Assembly: GCA_010405405.1 (NCBI GenBank)
Contig: MU004244.1
Location: 313,895 to 377,894 of the forward strand
Source: Microthyrium microscopicum
Lineage: Eukaryota
Direction: 5' to 3'
DNA: 64,000 bases
Shown: in pieces, positions 38,216 through 52,111 of the stretch
How positions within the stretch are numbered: position 1 is the first letter of the stretch
Layout: each line of letters starts with the position of its first letter
Position numbers and translations under genes: made by a program
Notes under the pieces: model-generated
Database searches by the model: none
What the model was told of the DNA's origin: nothing
What the model saw: only the letters and a program-made list of their open reading frames with translations

Positions 38216-40232
38216 GGTAAGCGGCGGCTTAGAGGATATGTTGGAGATGCATGAGCGATAGCCAGTAGAAGGATGAAGAGGCTGTGAGCCGAACAGGCGA
38301 GGATTAGAGCTTTGAAGAGTGTTTGCAGGGCAGTAGGCTGTGCAGGGGCAAGCTTTACTGCGGCAAAGGCTGGCTCTTTAGCAATGGGAATTGAATCTGC
38401 AGGAGGCAGGCCAGGATAAGTGAATTGAGAAGAGGTGAAAGAGATTTGGCAACAAGTGCCTTTTGGGAGTAAGAAGAAGTCAGCTTGGTGCGACTGAGTC
38501 GGCGACTTGGAGCAAGATGGGGGTGGAGGGATGAGTTGGCAAAGCAAGCAACCCTGGCACCGCACCAGCCTCGTTGGACCAGGATGTTTTTTTGGGCGCT
38601 GGTTCGACGGCGATTCAGCTAACGAAGGATTTCAACTTGCAATGGGCGAATTAAAAAGATAATGAATTGGTGATGAATGAATTGAGAATATGAGGATAGA
38701 CAATGGAGGATAACGGATGGAGGTTAGGTTGACACTCTGGCATTTGAAGGAAAGAGCAAGCCGGGGACCTGCAAGTTGAGACAAGAACAGAAGCAACGAC
38801 GATGATGGATGAAAAACGCCCGCCTCTTAGTTGCGGCCCACCCGCTGATTGGCTATCAAAACGGCAGAGGCAGGAGCAGCTTAGTCAACCAACTCAACAC
38901 CAAAAGAATATAAACGGCTTAACGCTGTTAAAAGCCGCCAGTTTGTCGCCACGGGAACCACTTTACAACAATTGATCTTCCTCCCAAAATCTATATCAAA
39001 ACCAGTTCTATCATGCACCTTTCCTGCACATTGCCTCTCAATCACCATCTCCCATCTGCACAATTCCCATAACACTGCTCATCATCACAGAACTACTTCT
39101 AATTCTCCTGTACCATGCATCTCTCCTTTCTCCAATTTGCCTGTTTTTCCGCCGCCCGGCATTGTTGCCATGGAACTCCATTCACCAGGCCCAGAAATTT
39201 CTGCATTAACCTGCATGTTTCGCTGCAAGCCTGATGCACCATCTCATCCACTGGCCAAACCTGCCTCTCCGCCAGCTGCAGTACTTCCACCCAAACCTTG
39301 AAGTCTCGCCGGTCTCTTCTCTCACTGGCCGAACAACTTTTCTGCCACATCTTGCACCGCCACAGATTTCTCGTAAGTAGCATGTTTGATGTTTGATAGT
39401 GCCAGGTCAATCCTTTGACCATGCGTCGCCGAGCCTGTAGACGCAGGTCCAATCGCCATGCGTAAACCACATATCTCCAGCCTTTTTCCCAAATGCGCTC
39501 GGTAGAGCCACAGCATGCGCGAAACACTTCCCATGTTTCCCATCCAGTTCACTACGCCGCAATATAATGATCCATGTGGTTATGAGCCAGGATTTTGTAG
39601 ACCTTTTGGGTCACTTCTGTAAGCTTATTCGCTCTATGCTCTCCCACCGTCTTTTCATGCCCCCGCGTGCCCCAACTGCCAGCTCAACAAACCATAACGG
39701 CTGGCTTCCTGGTAGACAGGCCAGTAGACATTGTGATTTGACGACTCTCCACGGGCTTCATGGGCTTCACGGGCCTCGGCTGCGGGACTGGTCGATCTTC
39801 CGCCCTATGAAGGCAAAGTGGGAAAGGTTTAAAGGTTTGTGTGGCCAATGAAATGTTGACGAGAGTTGATGTCTTTGAGGTAAATGTGTGTTGTCTTTGT
39901 AGTGCCATATATCGTGCAACGACCGGTGGCCAGTTATGTTTTACTTGAGTTGGTGTGAACCCAATCATCTTCTCGAAAGCAATATTTACCTTCGTCCTGC
40001 TTTGCTTGGTATTCAAGTGAGAGCTTTAAAGTCTCTTGACTGGTCTCCTTGTCTATACTCAAGCTCGGTATCAGATCATGTCTGTGTACAGAATGAATGT
40101 ACCTCTACCTGGAGCACCACATCATCGACAACATCTTGATCAATCATGAACCGGAGACAACGTAATTCGTTAAGCAGTAGACTATGCATAACAGCAATTT
40201 TATGCTCTAAAGATACATAGCTGAAGCCAACT

Positions 40233-42246
40233 CTATCTATCCTCCCTCCGCTTCTGCTTCCCATTGTGATATCTCTTCGCCTGACTCGGCTGGCTCCCAT
40301 ATGCCCGTCGACCCTCGGTTTTCTTATCTCTTGCCATACTCGCACCAAGCGTAATATCCACACGCGGCGGTGTCGCAAAGCCAAATGACCGCGCAAGCTT
40401 GACCAAGTCTAATTTATGCACGTCAAATACACTGCGCAAGCTATGAGACGCATATGCATTCAGATAGCTGCGATATCCCTCCTTGGCACTCTATTGTCAT
40501 CATTAGCACATGTATTCAAATTCAGCGTGATGAGTAACAAACCTTGTTCAAGTAGTAATTCGCGCCAATCAGTTTCTCCAATTGACTTTGGATGTTGAGC
40601 AATTTCTTCGCTGGTAACTCAAACTCGACCAGTGGCACACGTGCCTCTTTCAACTGCTTGAGGAAGCCGACTTCGCTGGGCTGCAGAAAGATGAGACTGC
40701 GACCTGTTGCGCCGGCCCCCCGCGCTGTACGGCCCACGCGGTGGATGTAGTCGCGCGGGTCATCGGGCGGATCGACTTGCAGGATCCAATCTACAGCCGG
40801 GATGTCAAGTCCACGCGCGGCGACATCGGTGCATACGAGGGTGCCGGCGGTGGCATTACAGAATTCGAAGAAGGTATTGGTTCGCTTTTGTTGCTTCTGT
40901 TTGCCGTGGAGAGCGAGGACAGGGAGGTCAATGTAGTTGAGGAGCTCGGAGAAGTAGTCGACACAGTTGCAGCTGGAGAGAAAGACGATGATCTTCTTTT
41001 TTTGGTGCCTATGATTGTTAGTGAAACCATCCACATATTGAAGATGTGCAAAACATACTTTTTCAGGAAGGTGAAGAGCAGTCTGAATCTCAGATCGGAT
41101 TCAACGATTACATAGCCTTGTTCCAATGTGTCCACAGTGCTGTGTTCTTTCCGATAGTCGACGTTGATATAGAGTGGGCCAGGCCGCAACGAAATTCGAG
41201 CAAGATCTTCAACTTTGGTGGTTTGGGTGGCACTAAAAAGCATTGTTTGTCGGTTCTCCTTGGGTAGCAGCTTAACAATTTGACGCATTTCATCTTCGAA
41301 ACCGACTTCCAGAATCCGATCCGCTTCATCAATTACTAGAGTTCGTAAATTCTTGAAGACAAAGCCTGGGGTGTTCTGGAGATGATCTAGTAGTCGTCCT
41401 GGGGTTGCCACGAGTAAATTCACACCCTTGGCCAATTTCTCTGATTCCGCTCGTCGATTTGCTCCACCAATTACTATACCGAATGTTTGACTGTGGTTTT
41501 CCATCAATTCTCTGGCAACACCAAAGATCTGGAGCGCGAGTTCTCGAGTTGGAGAGACTATGATGACACCCGTTCCTAGATTATGTTAGTTTGAAATATG
41601 AAATACAGATGGTGAATTTACCATTTCGAGGCTTGAACCGTAACGATGAGAGCATTTCCACTGCAGGAATCAAGAAAGCCAAAGTTTTGCCTGATCCTGT
41701 TTTCGCTGCACCCAGCACATCTTTTCCAGCCAAAAGTGGCGGGATCGATCGTTGTTGAATCTCTGTCATGCTTTCAAAGCCCATCGCGCCGATAGCTTTC
41801 ATGGTTCTCTCCGATAAATGAAGATCTTTGAAATTTGTGACCTCTTCGTTGAGCGTAGGCAGCGTTATTTGCTTGCCGGAAGGCAAGTCTGTTTCGGCTT
41901 CCGCATCATCGATGGTATCGTTCTGGTTGTCATCATCGTCCATATCGCTGTTGAGAACATCATCATCTGGTTGTCCCATGCTTTCGGTCGCATCAGCCCC
42001 ATCTTCAGCATCTTCCGCGGCGGCACTGTTCAGCGCATCAATCTCGATTTCGGGCTCGATCAAGTCTTGAAGTGATTCTGGCTCTGACGCTATTTCTTCC
42101 TTTGCTTTCTTGGATTTCTTTGCGATTGTGGTATCGGTTGTCTTGGGCGTAGAAGTTGCGGTGCCGTCGCCGACTGCCTCAACGTTCTTGAAAGCTTTTG
42201 CGTGCTTTCTTTTGCGCTTGCGGGATTCTTGATCGGCAGATGCCAT
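40233..42246 (-). CDS. HAS1: ATP-dependent DEAD-box RNA helicase Has1
   Basis: [74 protein letters not shown]. Confidence 0.96.
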
Positions 42247-42607
42247 GATAACCCGTATACGAAGGGATATTTCTTGTTTGGACGGGCAGAATGTGCAATT
42301 GTTGAATTCCAAGTCAAGGCTATTTGGTGGTGGGGAAATTCTTGTCGAAAAAAAGTTTGGGAGGAGCATAGGCACTAGCCTTCTTTGGTCCTAGTGCATC
42401 TTCCCCCAGCCGCATTGGCGACTTTTAGGCGCGCAGTGGTTGACCTCACCACATCTTCAGACATGTTTGATAATGAGATCAAGCGAACATGCGGTCCTTT
42501 TCACGTTGCACTCCTTTGATAACGAAATCTCTCGATAGCCATGATAAGATGAATTCCTTCCGCTACCCCCGCTACCTCCAAAGCTCTCCTTGACAGCTCC
42601 AGTTGAG

Positions 42608-44492
42608 ATGGCAAACGCACCTCTTGTCCTAGGACTATGGGCTGTGCTCTGGGAACTGCGTCCACATTATGACAAGACTAGATTTACGGATCTTGTTCTT
42701 TTCCTGGGTATCCAGGGGCTTCAAGTCGTGCAATCCTACGAGCTGTCTATTTGGAGACCACTCAAGCCAGTTGTACAAGTTGTTATCACAGCCTTTGCTG
42801 TCCTTGGTTCTGTATTAGCTCTTTGGGCTCTGAGCAGGTCTAGGAAGCAGCCTAAGGAACTGGATTGGGAACCTGTCAATTGCCAAGTTCCCCTAGTACA
42901 TCGCTGTTTGACCATACATTCACGCATGTTTCCCAAGAAGCATTCATTTTCATACAAGTATCTTCAAGTATCAGTACCTGTAGAATTTGAAGGCAACTAC
43001 GGCAAGATCTTCTCGGTCAAGCCAAGTCAGAAATGGGCGCTATTCCAAGTTGACCCTACAGACTACTTAGAGCGACATGATGAAGCCTCCTCTCTGAAGG
43101 AAAAACTTGCACAATATCTAGAATCTCAAGTCAGTCATTACGATATTTTTATGCATAACATTATCTAATCAAGAGTCAGGATGTACCGAGAGATTCATGG
43201 CATCACGCATATCTGGTAACAGCTCCAAAGTTCCTAGGATACTCTTTCAATCCCGTCTCCTTCTGGTACATCTATGACCATAGAGATGCTTTAACCACGA
43301 TGATCTTGGAAGTAAACAACACTTTTGGGGAGAGAAGGATGTACTTGCTCAAGGACACACCAAATGATCTTGCCGCGGATGCAAATTCTTCTCGGTTCCG
43401 AAATCACTGGGAAAAGGACTTTCATGTCTCGCCTTTCAACTCTAGAAAGGGACACTATTCGTTGTCAGCACTTAATCCTTTCCGCGATGGGACTATCAAG
43501 GCTCCTGGAATTGACAACAATATTGTTTTGACTTCCTCAAAAAGTCACGCGAAACTTGTGGCTAGACTCCTGTCGGATGGCTCACCACTTGATCTCAGCT
43601 CAGTATCAACAGCTACAATTCTGCAGCTGGTTCTTCAATGGTGCTGGCTTGGGATCTTCACATTTCCCAGGATCATCAAGGAGGCTTTCGTCCTTTTCTT
43701 TCAAAGGAAGCTCCACGTGTGGCTCCGTCCAGAAGTTGTTGCTTCTAGCGCATCAAGAGCACCGAATGCTACAGAAATGTACCTATCCCTTGACCCATTG
43801 ATCTTACAAATGATGCTAAACGTTTTGAAAGGGAACTGGAAAAGAACTTCATTGGCTACATGAAGCAGGTCGTATCTTCTTCACAACAACCTGTGACCAT
43901 AATTTTATCTGGAAGTATTTTCTCGCCGCAGACAATCGGCACTGAGGGGAGCACTGACGGCAAGCCGCCTCCTCAACAGATCGAAATTCGAATTCTGAGT
44001 CCAGAATTCTTCACTAGAATGGTCCATTATCATACAATCCTACAGGCTATCCAGTGTGAAGGATCGCTGGCAGAGGAGAAGAGCCGGACAATTGAAGTGT
44101 CACTTCTCGACAGTCTATCATTGCTTCTTACGGAAACCAAATTGACGAATACCTTGCCTCAACTTGCTATTGTTAGTCGTTTGCGCTGGACCACGATGAC
44201 TTCACTCAGATGCACTCCACCTGATCTGGCGTATTCCCGCAAGGACAAATCGCCCATCCAGACTGGCACTGGGTTTTCGGTACTTGATGAATTTGTCATA
44301 TCGAATGATAGCGAAGGAGAGGCAGAAAGCTACCGTCGGATTGCGACTAAACTATTCTTAGCGAAGAGGCTGGCATTTGGTCTTACTGAGGTCATGGATC
44401 TCCTGGACTTTGGAATGAGGGTGTTGTTCACATATTATTCTCCGACAAGCTGGTCATGCCTTGTACATTTATTGGCTTGGATCAAAGGCTAA
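42608..44492 (+). CDS. DUF1365 family membrane-associated protein
   Basis: HSRMFPKKHSFSYKYL, AYLVTAPKFLGYSFNPVSFWYIY, ILEVNNTFGERRMY, KDFHVSPFN, TFPRIIKEA; two introns; start codon uncertain. Confidence 0.85.
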
Positions 44493-45082
44493 GCTGCTCC
44501 GAATACAGCTCTATAATCATGACAGACAGGCTTGACAGGATGGAGTCGCCTTCAAAGGACGAACTCCTGGCCTCAGCCTGATGGCAGACATCCTTGTCCC
44601 CATTGAATATCTGCATAGAACAGTGACAGTTGTCCTAGTTCTTGATCAAAGCAGTCAATTTGACAACCTCTTTGTCTGAACACGCAGGTAAATGTATAGT
44701 CTGAGTCGAATCTCAGTATGCAAGAAGACATTGGTGCGAGACAGCCTTCTACGAACAACTCAGCCTTCTCACCCCTCGCGTTCGTCAATTTAAATGACTA
44801 CCAAAGCACTCCGCGGTAAATCGGCCCAGCCTTGCACAGGTCAAACCCTCAAATATCTCGCCGACCCTAGCAGCTTTTATATTACCATCCCACCGGTGAC
44901 ATCAGAATTTTATCATTGAGGGGTCCCACATTGGCACTGCCCGCAAACAGCCGAGATCGCTCCGACAACGATGAATAAAATGGTTTGCGTGCTCACGATA
45001 GATTATTTTGCAGCTGTTCTGACTCCAAAACCGGCCTCTTTGCGGCAGACGACATGAATTTTCGGCGTATGTCGGTAGCTTA

Positions 45083-45581
45083 CCTCGGCAGCTTAGCTTT
45101 ATCCTAGCTTGCTGTACCAAACAACACCCACAAGGCTGGATCCCAGCCGTGCTAAGTTCTAACCAACAAAGTTATGGGTTCGCGTCAGATGTCGATTGGT
45201 ACCATTTAAACATTTCCACATCATGTATAGATGTATTTACCACCAGAAGACATAGTGGACGTTACAAGCTGCACCATTTCTACACTCAGAATCTGCTATG
45301 AAAAGAGAGCAGCACCGCATCTAATGACCGTTTTGCCTTCCACTAGCCCGGGCACAGCTACACCACCCCAACCAATGGCTCAGCTCCAGTGCCTCATGTC
45401 AATCTCATTTTCACGTGCGTGATGAGAGAATCCAAAAGATCCAAAAGATCCAAGAAATCGAGAACCTGTGGATCCCCGCAATAAAACTAGCGCAGGATCC
45501 CGTCGAACTTTTTGCGTTAAGCCGAGGGCTGGTTCTTCATTCAACAACCCAAGGTCAAACCCACCGTCCTTGTTCCCGAGG
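45083..45581. promoter_or_regulatory. Three CCTCGG/CCGAGG (FarA/FarB-CTF1 type) motifs in the isocitrate lyase promoter
   Basis: CCTCGG 45083-45088, CCGAGG 45522-45527, CCGAGG 45576-45581. Confidence 0.55.
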
Positions 45582-45870
45582 CGAAACCGGAACTATTTAC
45601 TCAATCTAGCGACTTTGTATGGCGATTCCATGGTGTCTAGGGTCATAATTGAACAAGACTCTCCGATGACTCCCGAATTGTGACTAGTGCTCCAAAGTAT
45701 CGTGCGTTTATAGACCATGGCTGCCCCACGACTTCATGGCCTGAGCCCCTTTGCCCTCGTGCTCAACTATTTTCTCTTGTGAAATCTCCACTCTTCAATT
45801 GTAAACCTTGGGATTGACTTAATACGAGTATCCATAAACGTCCCTATCTTCATTACAATCATTGTCCATC

Positions 45871-47741
45871 ATGGCCCAAGCATATGTTGAGTCTGAGGAG
45901 CAGCGCTTCCAAGCTGAGGTAGCTGAGGTTAAAAAGTGGTGGTCAGATTCTAGATGGAGAGCCACCAAGAGACCATTCACTGCTGAACAAATCGTTGCTA
46001 AGCGTGGAAACTTGACAATTGAATATCCAAGCAATGTTCAGGCAAAGAAGCTTTGGAACATCTTGGAAGGACGCTTCAAGGTAAACATCTCGAGCTCCCA
46101 CCCCTTGAACCATCCGACTAACCCGTCATGTAGAACAAGGATGTCAGCTACACATATGGCTGCTTAGACCCCGTAATGGTCACTCAGATGGCCAAGTACC
46201 TCGACACAGTCTACGTTTCTGGATGGCAATGCTCCTCCACTGCCTCCTCAACCGACGAGCCAGGTCCAGATCTAGCAGATTATGCATACAACACTGTACC
46301 AAACAAGGTACAACATCTCTGGTATGCTCAGCTCTTCCACGACCGAAAGCAGCGTGAGGAGCGTCTCAGCAACCCAAAGGCTGCTCGAGCAAAGCTTGCC
46401 AACACTGACTTCCTACGACCCATTATCGCTGATGCGGATACCGGACATGGTGGCTTGACCGCTGTCATGAAGCTCACCAAGCTCTTTATTGAGAAGGGTG
46501 CTGCTGGTATCCACATTGAGGATCAAGCTCCAGGCACCAAGAAGTGCGGACACATGGCTGGAAAAGTCCTTGTGCCCATTGCCGAACACATCAACCGCCT
46601 GGTCGCTATCCGCGCCCAAGCTGATATCATGGGTATGACTTCCAACGCCGATACATCAACAGTAAGCTAACCATACTCAGGCTCTGATCTCCTCGCCATC
46701 GCCCGTACCGACTCTGAAGCCGCCACCCTCATCACTTCCACCATCGACCCCCGCGACCACCAGTTCATCATTGGCAGCACCAACCCCAACATCCAACCCC
46801 TGAACGATCTCATGGTAGCCGCCGAGCAAGCAGGCAAAGCCGGTGACGATCTACAAGCCATCGAAGACAAGTGGTGCGCCGACGCCGGTCTCAAGCTATT
46901 CGACGATGCCGTTGCCGAGGCCGTCAACGCCAGCACAGTCTCCAACAAAGCTTCCGTCATTGACAAGTACCGTGAAGCTGTCAAGGGCAAGAGCCACAGT
47001 GAAGCTCGCGCCGCAGCTAAGAGCCTGACTGGTCTCGACATTTACTTCAACTGGGATGCTGCGCGCACTCGTGAGGGATACTATAGATACCAGGGTGGTT
47101 GTGTGACTGCGATTAACCGCGCGATTGCGTTTGCGCCTTATTGTGATGCTATTTGGATGGAGTCGAAGCTTCCTGACTTTGCTCAAGCTGAAGAATTCGC
47201 TAATGGTGTGCACGCTGTGTGGCCAGAGCAAAAGTAAGCCAACTCAAACCATCTTCCCTATACACACTAACAAAGTCGCAGACTCGCATACAATCTCTCA
47301 CCATCCTTCAACTGGGAGACCGCCATGTCCCGTTCCGACCAAGAGACCTACATCCACCGTCTCGGAAAGCTCGGCTACTGCTGGCAATTCATCACGTAAG
47401 TTCCACTCCCACCCTTCAACCTTCAAAACCTAACATATTCAGCCTCGCTGGTCTTCACACCACCGCCCTCATCTCAGACACCTTCGCCAAGGCGTACTCT
47501 GAGCGCGGAATGAAGGCATACGGTGAGCTCGTTCAAGGACCTGAGCTTGCCAGCGGCAACGAGGTCGTCAAGCATCAAACATGGAGTGGAGCCAACTATG
47601 CCGACAACCTGCTCAAGATGGTCACAGGCGGTGTCTCCTCAACCTCAGCCATGGGCAAGGGTACGTTCTTCCTCGATCTTATTGAAGAGAAATAGATGCT
47701 AACAAGCAATAGGTGTAACGGAAGATCAGTTCAAGCACTGA
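45871..47741 (+). CDS. ICL1: Isocitrate lyase
   Basis: [39 protein letters not shown] active-site motif, [31 protein letters not shown]; five introns. Confidence 0.98.
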
Positions 47742-48515
47742 GTGATTTCATAAGGGGGAGTGTTTGAGTAGAGGCCAAATCTTTTTGTAGCGGTCTTAGT
47801 TCACTGGGGCGAAAGAAGCAGATTGAATAGCATCGGGCGAGTTCTCAGCAGGCATGAAATTGTGTCGAGCTAGGGGCCTTGCGAAATTTGACGTCAAAGA
47901 GTAGCTGATGGCGTCTAAAATAACGACATCTTTTCGCGATTGTGCTTTAGCTTATGCGGAAAAGCATGATGAGTTGAAGTTCGCTGGATCTCATCCTACA
48001 TACTAGCATGGCTAATTGTATCTTTTTTTGAATTATGTGTCGATATGGTGGAATTGACCTTAGTGATTGATGATTACAAATTAGCTACCGGATTCGTCGA
48101 AACAGTCAGCATGACTCCGCCAAATTCTAGGGGATGTGAAGAATATCCACTCAGTCAAGGTAATATCATAAAGTATAAGCTGTAGCCTTGTAGGATATGC
48201 GGATCCTCACAGGCCAAGATATTAGCTATAGCGTCTCTTCGAAGCGAGTCTAGTCTGATATCGAGCCATCGGAAGAGCTTCTTCATTAGAAATTGAACGC
48301 AAAGACCGCTAAAAAATGTTGAATTTATTGACATCACAATGCTATTAAGTAGACGAGGGATATGAGCAAGGTCTAAAGTACCAAAACAGAGGCTGGCATG
48401 GTATTAGGGTATCTATTGATGAAAGTCTAGAATCATCCGCAGCACTCGTGAATCTAACACCTGTGGAACCAGTTAGTATAATATTCTCTTCAAAGATACC
48501 TTGCTGAGGAGCACG

Positions 48516-49816
<1,301 letters not shown>

Positions 49817-50594
49817 AATGGCAAGCAAATTGATGATGATGATGATGCGACCGATTTATTAGTGATAGAAGAGATCACAAGAGGAGGAAAAGTGTCGGAG
49901 AAAACGAGCAAAGATTTGTTGGGGAGGTGGGAGAAGTTGTCGACAGGTCAAAATACGAAAAAAGAAAGCGAGAGTTTGCGGGTAGCACCCAAAATCGGAC
50001 CCCTACAGATGGCACGGTCCAGAACTACATGGATCATCCGGCTATACTTGGTGCATGCATGGTAGCCTATCAGGCTGAACATAAATTGAGAAGGCTGAAC
50101 ATCCAGCTTGTTGTACAAAATGAGATATATAATACCTCAGAGTCGGTCTCGTATCCTCATTTCGACAATGACAGAGCCCTTTTACTTTACTTGTGCAGCT
50201 AACAGATCGAGCTCCGCCTCGGTCGCCTGACTTTGACAAGCTTCTTCTACAAGTGTTTATGCACTCGCGAAGCATGCATGTCCCTATGGCCCTTATGCCC
50301 CTGAACAATTGAAATCATCAACATTAGCCTGATATAGACATCTTCAAGTCCTACCTGTCTTCGGGTCATAATACCGCTGCCTTTCTAGGACAACGCCTAC
50401 GCATTTGGGTAACGCAGCAACACTCGTGACGTCACAGCTCTGAGGTTTTAACACTGTACCTTCCACTTATTGCTCCCACAACAGTTGCATCTCCGGCTGT
50501 TCCCAGTTATCCTCTCGCTTGGCATCGACACACTCGTTTTCATTTTTCTGCGATACAAAGTTCCTGGTTCAATACGTCTGAGACCAAAGACATC

Positions 50595-51694
50595 ATGTCG
50601 GAGTATCAACGAAGAGTTGCTGAGCAGCGGGCTCAAGTTGCGGCATTGCGAAAAAGCATGGTTGCAGAAGCCTCTCAGAATCTACAGGCTTCAGTAATTT
50701 CAAACACGAAGACAGTATCTCCAAAACGGCCTACCAAGCCAAAAGAGCAAGCCGTAGCAACTCGATCCTCTATGCGGATCGCGTCCAAGCCCAAAGCAGC
50801 CTACAAGGAGGATGAAAAGCCCGCCTTCATGAGCGAGCGAAGGTCACACACGGCCACCCGAAATAGTCAAAGAAGCAGAAAGACCATCAACTACAACGAA
50901 GATGACGATGACCAAGAAGACGCAATCTCCCTGACCCGAAACGAGATCGTCATGCTGGATTCCGAGTACTACAAAGCTCGCTGGTCCACAACTATGGGTA
51001 AAGCTTTCATACCATTCGGACGACTTTGCAGCGTACGTTGTGTTTCATACAATACTGACCATATTTAGACAACTGGTACAAATGGGTCCCAAGCCAACCA
51101 CTTCCAGACCGCGAAGCAAGCGGAACATTTTACTTTGCTACCCATCCCAACTTCACTCCCAACAAATCCCCAGAAGAAGTCTTCCGCGAGGGCGCCTTTG
51201 GCGGCACCTACTGGGCTCCCTACTGGTCCGCTGCCATGAATGTCAACGTCATAAATGACTATACCGAGATGCCCGACGAATGGACCCAAGGAGTCGACGT
51301 TGAGCGCTATCTAATCAACGATGGATATGATCGAACTGTCAACAAGTTCCAAGTGCGCGCGGGCCAGAGTATCGCTGAGTGGGAAAACAATGGCTGGATC
51401 AAGCTGGACTTGGACATTCGTGGCTGGATGCAGTGGTATACGCGATTCTTTCGAGGTCGGCGGTCAGGGGACGATGCTCGTCAGATCACGCGATGGGCTA
51501 AGTGTGCGGGTCCAACTGGTCGCTGGCGACAAAAGTTACTGAAGGACTACATGCAGGCTGGTATTCGAGATGTTACGGAAGGAGTGAGCGCCGATTCTGG
51601 CGTGAGTCTGGCTGTGCATCAGACGATGCATCATTGGGCGGTTGAGCTGCGACAAGAGGATGTGGATGCTTTCTGGGAGAGATTTGATGTTTGA
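50595..51694 (+). CDS. Uncharacterised conserved protein: basic disordered N-terminus plus Trp/Arg-rich domain
   Basis: Intron 50998-51068 joins the ORFs; FTPNKSPEEVFREGAFGGTYW, GQSIAEWENNGWI, RGWMQWYTRFFRGRRSGDDARQITRW, HQTMHHWA. Confidence 0.8.
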
Positions 51695-52111
51695 TAGTGT
51701 TGCTAGCAAGCTAAAGTGCTTGGAGGAAGCGAACACTTTGCTTTCGAGATGGGACATTTAAGTGGCGAATGGGTGCCTGTAGTTTTAATGACTGAACTCA
51801 CAATCAATACAGTGAACAATGAAAGCTATTAACAAGTTTAATATCTATGTTGGTATCGATAAAGATATGATGGCATGTAGAAGAATAATTATGACTGAAT
51901 TATAGGTCTGAGTAATGTATACAGTCTTCAGCTTGCCTGCGTCAATACCCTTTTAAGGATACTGTAAGTAAAGAGCCACTACCACACCATCGAGGTTTCA
52001 GACCTATTCCCAAGAATATGAATTCGAACGCTCTATTATTGGATGCGGAGACCGACATCATAATGGCCATGTCCATCCTAGTGTCTCGGGAGAATTTGAT
52101 CATCGATAGAT

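Noticed and set aside
47730..47753. Possible read-through peroxisomal signal on isocitrate lyase
   Set aside because: Stop context is TGA GTG (not TGA CTA) and the extension VIS* is not PTS1-like.
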